A stretch of 64,000 nucleotides of DNA from Syntrophorhabdaceae bacterium. GTDB lineage: Bacteria; Desulfobacterota; Syntrophorhabdia; Syntrophorhabdales; Syntrophorhabdaceae. The position numbers and the translations under genes were made by a program. Below the pieces are notes generated by a model that worked only from the letters and a program-made list of their open reading frames with translations, was not told the DNA's origin and ran no database searches. Positions 59,896 to 64,000 of the stretch are shown here, piece by piece. Location: contig OY762209.1 of the NCBI GenBank assembly GCA_963665295.1, positions 576,001-640,000 of the forward strand, given 5' to 3'. The first letter of the stretch is position 1; each line of letters starts with the position of its first letter.

Positions 59896-60360
59896 TTATT
59901 CGCTCTTATCGGAAGTATCCGCCTTGTCTACTACGGCAAGGTTCTCGATATCGTGTGCGCCGAACTCCTCTTCATACCAGCTGACGTACTCGTCCGCACG
60001 CTGGAACCGCTCATCGATGGACATCCTTCCGATGGTCCCCGTTCCATGAGCCCTTATGAAATCCCGTTCGGCCATGCGGTGGACCAACTCATACCAGAAA
60101 ACATCGTCATCGTATGCGTTTATTATCTGTACGACGCCTGAGTTCTTCTCGAATTCAGGCGCGTAGGAGTAGGTCTTCGTATCTCCATCATAGACGACGC
60201 GGTCTTCCAAGGCGAAATCTTTTGCATAAGAAAACACCTGTTGCTCCAGGTCACTGAATTCACCCGACCATTCACCTTCGAATGCGTCCGTCGTCCATGT
60301 ACCGAGGTAGAGAACCTTCAGCAGTTTGACGTACTGTTCCTCTGTAAGGTCAATCTTCAT
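59896..60360 (-). CDS. Hypothetical acidic protein
   Basis: AGGAGG RBS; MKIDLTEEQY..LL...YLG.W...FWYEL..RMAERD. Confidence 0.75.
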   Translation of the reverse strand: MKIDLTEEQYVKLLKVLYLGTWTTDAFEGEWSGEFSDLEQQVFSYAKDFALEDRVVYDGDTKTYSYAPEFEKNSGVVQIINAYDDDVFWYELVHRMAERDFIRAHGTGTIGRMSIDERFQRADEYVSWYEEEFGAHDIENLAVVDKADTSDKSE

Positions 60361-60527
60361 ACTCCTCCTTTTTAGGACCATATTAATAGCGTTAGGGGGC
60401 TTAGTCCGTCCCTTCCGGCATCACCCGATAGATTATTACAGGTTTCATCAGGCACAGTCAAAGGAAAGAAAGAAAGATGAAGTTAAGGATTGACATCTCT
60501 CTTCAATACTGATAAAAGCAGTGTTCT

Positions 60528-61151
60528 ATGGAGCTATCGTTCCAGCATTACTTCCTGGGATTGTTTGCCGTGGCAAACAACATTCCCGCCATTCCGCTCT
60601 ATTACTCAATTTGTCAGGGGTTGACCGGTGCGGAGCAGCACAAGCTGTGCCTGACCGCCACCTGTGCCTCCTTCATTACCATGTCGGCTGCCATGTTATG
60701 CGGCGCCGCCATTCTGGGTTTTTTTGATATCAGCGTTCACGCCTTTCGTGTCGCAGGGGGACTCCTTCTCCTTTCCTCGGGATTCAATATGATCAGATCG
60801 AAGGAAGACGTGGTGATTTCCCACGACGAGAACCACATGTCCGAAGTCATTTCCGTGGCGGTCATCCCCATAGCCATTCCCCTGACCACCGGGGCGGGCA
60901 CCATATCCACCATAATCGTATTCGCCGAAAAACTTCAGGTGTGGGCGGTCACGGTAAAGTTGATTGTCGCCATATGTCTCATGTCAGTGGTCATATACCT
61001 GTCCTTCCGGTATTCCGTGACCATCCTTCGCCTGTTGGGCCACACCGGCATGAGTGTGGTGACCAAGATCTTCGGCATCATCACCCTCGCCCTGGGGGTG
61101 CAGTTCATCATCTCCGGCCTGCGGGAAGCCTTTCCCGTCCTTCTAAAGTAA
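60528..61151 (+). CDS. MarC family membrane protein
   Basis: AFRVAGGLLL, VIPIAIPLTTGAGTI, ALGVQFI. Confidence 0.9.
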   Translation: MELSFQHYFLGLFAVANNIPAIPLYYSICQGLTGAEQHKLCLTATCASFITMSAAMLCGAAILGFFDISVHAFRVAGGLLLLSSGFNMIRSKEDVVISHDENHMSEVISVAVIPIAIPLTTGAGTISTIIVFAEKLQVWAVTVKLIVAICLMSVVIYLSFRYSVTILRLLGHTGMSVVTKIFGIITLALGVQFIISGLREAFPVLLK

Positions 61152-61242
61152 CTGGGGAGACGTCCGGTCGAAAGGCTGCAATCGCGACACGGTGATTGAA
61201 GCTTTTGCTGCAAAGCAAGGCGGCGCTCCTTTTATGTCCCTG

Positions 61243-62268
61243 TCATCCCTGAATGCCTGCTTTCCCGCATGCCCACCTTGCCATATTTCTCACATTTTCG
61301 TGACGGTCCCGGCATGCCCGCTTGATGGGCGCATGATACTTTTCGTCACCGCTGTTCGCCATGACCCTTATGGCGTTACTCTTCCAAAGCCAGGCGCTCT
61401 CCTTGCCGATATACCAGAACCGGGGCTGTATCTTCTCAAGATAGGTCTCTTCGTCCATTTCCAGAATCTTCTCCGGACCCAGGAGGTCTGCAATCGAATC
61501 CAGGCCGGGGAACTCCTCCTGTCCGGTCCACGTGTTCCTGTTTTTGGGGCACACGTCCTGACACACGTCGCATCCGTATAGCCAGGAGCCCATCCGGTCC
61601 TTCAGGTCGTCCGACGGAAGGTCTGAGGAGAAAAAGGACAAATGGGCGATGCAAATCCCTCTGTCCATTGCAAAGGGTTCGGATAATGCTCCCGTGGGGC
61701 AGGCGTCGATGCACTTCGTGCAATTCTCCGGACACGCCTGGGTTGCCGCAACAGGACCGTCATATTCCAGCTCCATGTTCACGGTCCATGTATCTATCCA
61801 GACAAAGGACCCCTGTTCCGTATAGAGGAAATTGTTCTTGCCGAACCGTCCCAGACCCGCTCCGGCCGCCGCCCACCTGGCTGCCACGGAGTCCTTGAAA
61901 AAGGAAAATCCCGATTTTCGGAGGTACTCTTCGAAGAGGCCGACGTTCTTGTATTCTTCCGAGTACGGGAGTCTGCCGTCGCACAAATATACCTTGCCGA
62001 AATAGTTGCTCACTCCGGGAGGGATCCGGTACCTGTCGTATCTTCTCACGCACACCACGATTGATTTCGCCCAATCTTCCTTCTTGTCGGGCGAGCTCAT
62101 GGGATACAGGCTTTCATAGAGGTGACGTGATTTCGGGAACCTTTCCACGCGCTTATCGAGGAGCGCGGCGTATTCCTTCAAAGAATCCGCCGGAATAATT
62201 CCGCACAAGTCATAACCGAGTTCATATGCTTTTGCCTTGATGTCCTTTGCGATGCCTTTCTTTCCCAT
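61243..62268 (-). CDS. Epoxyqueuosine reductase (QueG)-like Fe-S protein
   Basis: GLGRFGKN, CPENCTKCIDACPT, YGCDVCQDVCP. Confidence 0.85.
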   Translation of the reverse strand: MGKKGIAKDIKAKAYELGYDLCGIIPADSLKEYAALLDKRVERFPKSRHLYESLYPMSSPDKKEDWAKSIVVCVRRYDRYRIPPGVSNYFGKVYLCDGRLPYSEEYKNVGLFEEYLRKSGFSFFKDSVAARWAAAGAGLGRFGKNNFLYTEQGSFVWIDTWTVNMELEYDGPVAATQACPENCTKCIDACPTGALSEPFAMDRGICIAHLSFFSSDLPSDDLKDRMGSWLYGCDVCQDVCPKNRNTWTGQEEFPGLDSIADLLGPEKILEMDEETYLEKIQPRFWYIGKESAWLWKSNAIRVMANSGDEKYHAPIKRACRDRHENVRNMARWACGKAGIQG

Positions 62269-62593
62269 CGATCATCTCCCTGGAGCAGGTTTTATCACCA
62301 TCAGAATCGTGAAATTTCTGCCGGGTGCAGCATAGCGAACTTTCATCCTTTCAAATCATTATATCATAGCGAAGCCGAATCACCTATTAAAATAGGCAGT
62401 TATCCTTACATCCCCGGAGCGGGGCCAGGCGGGATCAAGGGCGCCTCTGTCATGGGGTGGCGGTGTCGCCCCTCTTCTTCCTTAAGTACCTCACATATAA
62501 TCCGATAAATACAAATAAGGCGTTATGGGTTCGGAGAATCCGGACAAGATAAGACGCCGATCGCAATGAAGACGGAGAGGAGGGGTATTTCTT

Positions 62594-63259
62594 ATGATCA
62601 GGAATAATAACGCAGTATACCATTCCCCCTTTGACACGCTTCAGCCGCGCGATGCAAGGGAAACACGGGAAAAGAGCGCCTTTGCCGACTCTAATAGGAT
62701 GGTTACCCTCAAGCCGGGGGATTATCATGTGTCCGCCGACCAGGTGGTTATCTCCACCATACTGGGATCCTGCATTGCCGCCTGTCTCTATGATCCCGTA
62801 AACCATGTGGTCGGAATGAACCATTTTCTGCTGAGCGAAACGCGATATACCAAGTCAACGCCCTTATGGATGACTGAAGCGGGGCGCTACGGCGTCCACG
62901 CCATGGAACTCATCATCAACGGCATGCTCAAACTCGGAGCGGAAAAGAGGAACTTCCGCGCAAAGGTCTTTGGAGGCGCTTCTCAATTTTCAAGCGATTC
63001 CGGTACACGCAATTTTAACTGCGTGGGAGAGGTAAACTCACGATTCGTTATCGACTTCCTGCAGACCGAGGGCATCAGGCTTGTTGCGTCGGACCTCGGC
63101 GGCGAGGAAGGAAGGGTGATCCACTTTCATGCGAAGGATTTTGCGGTGTACCAGAGGAGATTGAAGAAAACCGTTATGCCTGACCTTGTGAAGACGGAAA
63201 AACGCTTCTGGGAGCAGGAAGCGGTGAAAAAATACCCTGAGCCGGAACTGTGGGGATAA
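62594..63259 (+). CDS. cheD: Chemoreceptor glutamine deamidase
   Basis: TILGSCIAAC, GMNHFLL, RYG..AMELIIN, AKVFGGA, DLGG. Confidence 0.9.
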   Translation: MIRNNNAVYHSPFDTLQPRDARETREKSAFADSNRMVTLKPGDYHVSADQVVISTILGSCIAACLYDPVNHVVGMNHFLLSETRYTKSTPLWMTEAGRYGVHAMELIINGMLKLGAEKRNFRAKVFGGASQFSSDSGTRNFNCVGEVNSRFVIDFLQTEGIRLVASDLGGEEGRVIHFHAKDFAVYQRRLKKTVMPDLVKTEKRFWEQEAVKKYPEPELWG

Positions 63260-63766
63260 AACCGCAGATGGGCGGAAGGGACTTCGAGAGGGAGTTGAAC
63301 CAAAATACGGGTGAGAAATCCCGGTTACCCTCTTGTCAGGACTCGCGTTACCTGTAAATGTGCCGTGGTGATTGCCTGCTGAAGCGAGCACAGTCACGCC
63401 GCCGGCTCACGAACTACCCGAAAGAATTCCACCGAAGCGAGCACCCATGCAATTACGTTTCCACCATTCGCCGCGTACCCCGGGGATTTGACTTTCATTC
63501 CACTTTCATGTATACAGATATGCAGCAAGAGAATATCAATGTGGACCTTGAAGGTGAAAGATGTTCTGCATACGCAGGTGACATGATATAGGTGCGCCGG
63601 ATGGCGCACTCCGTTCCAACTCCATACGCCCGGTAATGGAGCAGATCCTCCCCGAGGACTTATAGGCCTTCCGGACTTCTCCTCACCCTGCCGGCGTATG
63701 CCGGCATTCTTTGTCTTTCGGTCATTTCTCTTCGGCCCGGGTAAAATCGATGGTGAAAGGAGAAAC

Positions 63767-64000
63767 GTGGATATACAACTTACACATCATGTCCGCTTCG
63801 GCGGATGCGCGGCAAAGATAGGTCCCGATGACCTGTCCAGTGTACTCTGCGGCATAAATATCCCTGAGAATCCCAACGTGATCGTCGGCCTCAAGGGGTT
63901 CGAGGATGCGGGGGTATACAGGCTCAGTAATGATCTCGCCCTTGTTCAGACCCTCGATTTCTTCACCCCTGTGGTAAACGATCCCTACTGCTTCGGCCGG
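63767..64000 (+). CDS. selD: Selenide,water dikinase (5' part, runs off the window)
   Basis: AAGGAG RBS plus GTG; LTHHVRFGGCAAKIGP...EDAGVYRL...LVQTLDFFTPVVNDPY.FG; not in the supplied ORF track. Confidence 0.92.
   Translation, partial: MDIQLTHHVRFGGCAAKIGPDDLSSVLCGINIPENPNVIVGLKGFEDAGVYRLSNDLALVQTLDFFTPVVNDPYCFGR

Noticed and set aside
63490..63591. Tiny ORF MQQENINVDLEGERCSAYAGDMI after a TTGACT-17-TATACA promoter-like site
   Set aside because: Only 23 codons with no recognisable homology or RBS; cannot be supported
53555..64000. Selenoneine pathway linking selD to MES/egtD
   Set aside because: The genes are about 7 kb apart, on opposite strands, with unrelated genes between and no senA/senB in the window

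Overview
A GC-rich bacterial chromosome segment. Gene content and style suggest an anaerobic Desulfobacterota/deltaproteobacterium, possibly Syntrophorhabdus-like (inference). 1-13 kb: accessory secreted and metabolic genes, including a frameshifted InlB-B-repeat protein, a Vps62-like protein, an aromatic-acid MFS, adc, a 3-hydroxyacyl-CoA dehydrogenase and a transglutaminase-like protein. 13-22 kb: an AT-richer, defence-like island with a 1289-aa PD-(D/E)xK nuclease, an intact IS630 and an integrase-less integron array (promoter, attI-like core, two nuclease cassettes, attC sites), bracketed by a perfect 20-bp inverted repeat. 22-45 kb: housekeeping genes (ArsA-like ATPase, rsmD, coaD, nfeD, slipin, dac, coaBC, htrA; pal, cls, purB, prmA; tungstate ABC transporter with two binding proteins; proS). 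45-64 kb: an RpoD paralogue with a 5' terminator hairpin, an anaerobic ergothioneine locus (metallopterin/cysteine desulfurase fusion plus egtD, followed by a DinB gene), queG-like, cheD and the start of selD. The most striking unexplained signal is a ~138-nt hairpin present twice (22082-22219 and 41641-41779). The copies are divergent in sequence but show extensive compensatory base changes, and the second sits directly after a ~4x 170-bp perfect tandem repeat. No tRNA, rRNA or CRISPR array was seen.
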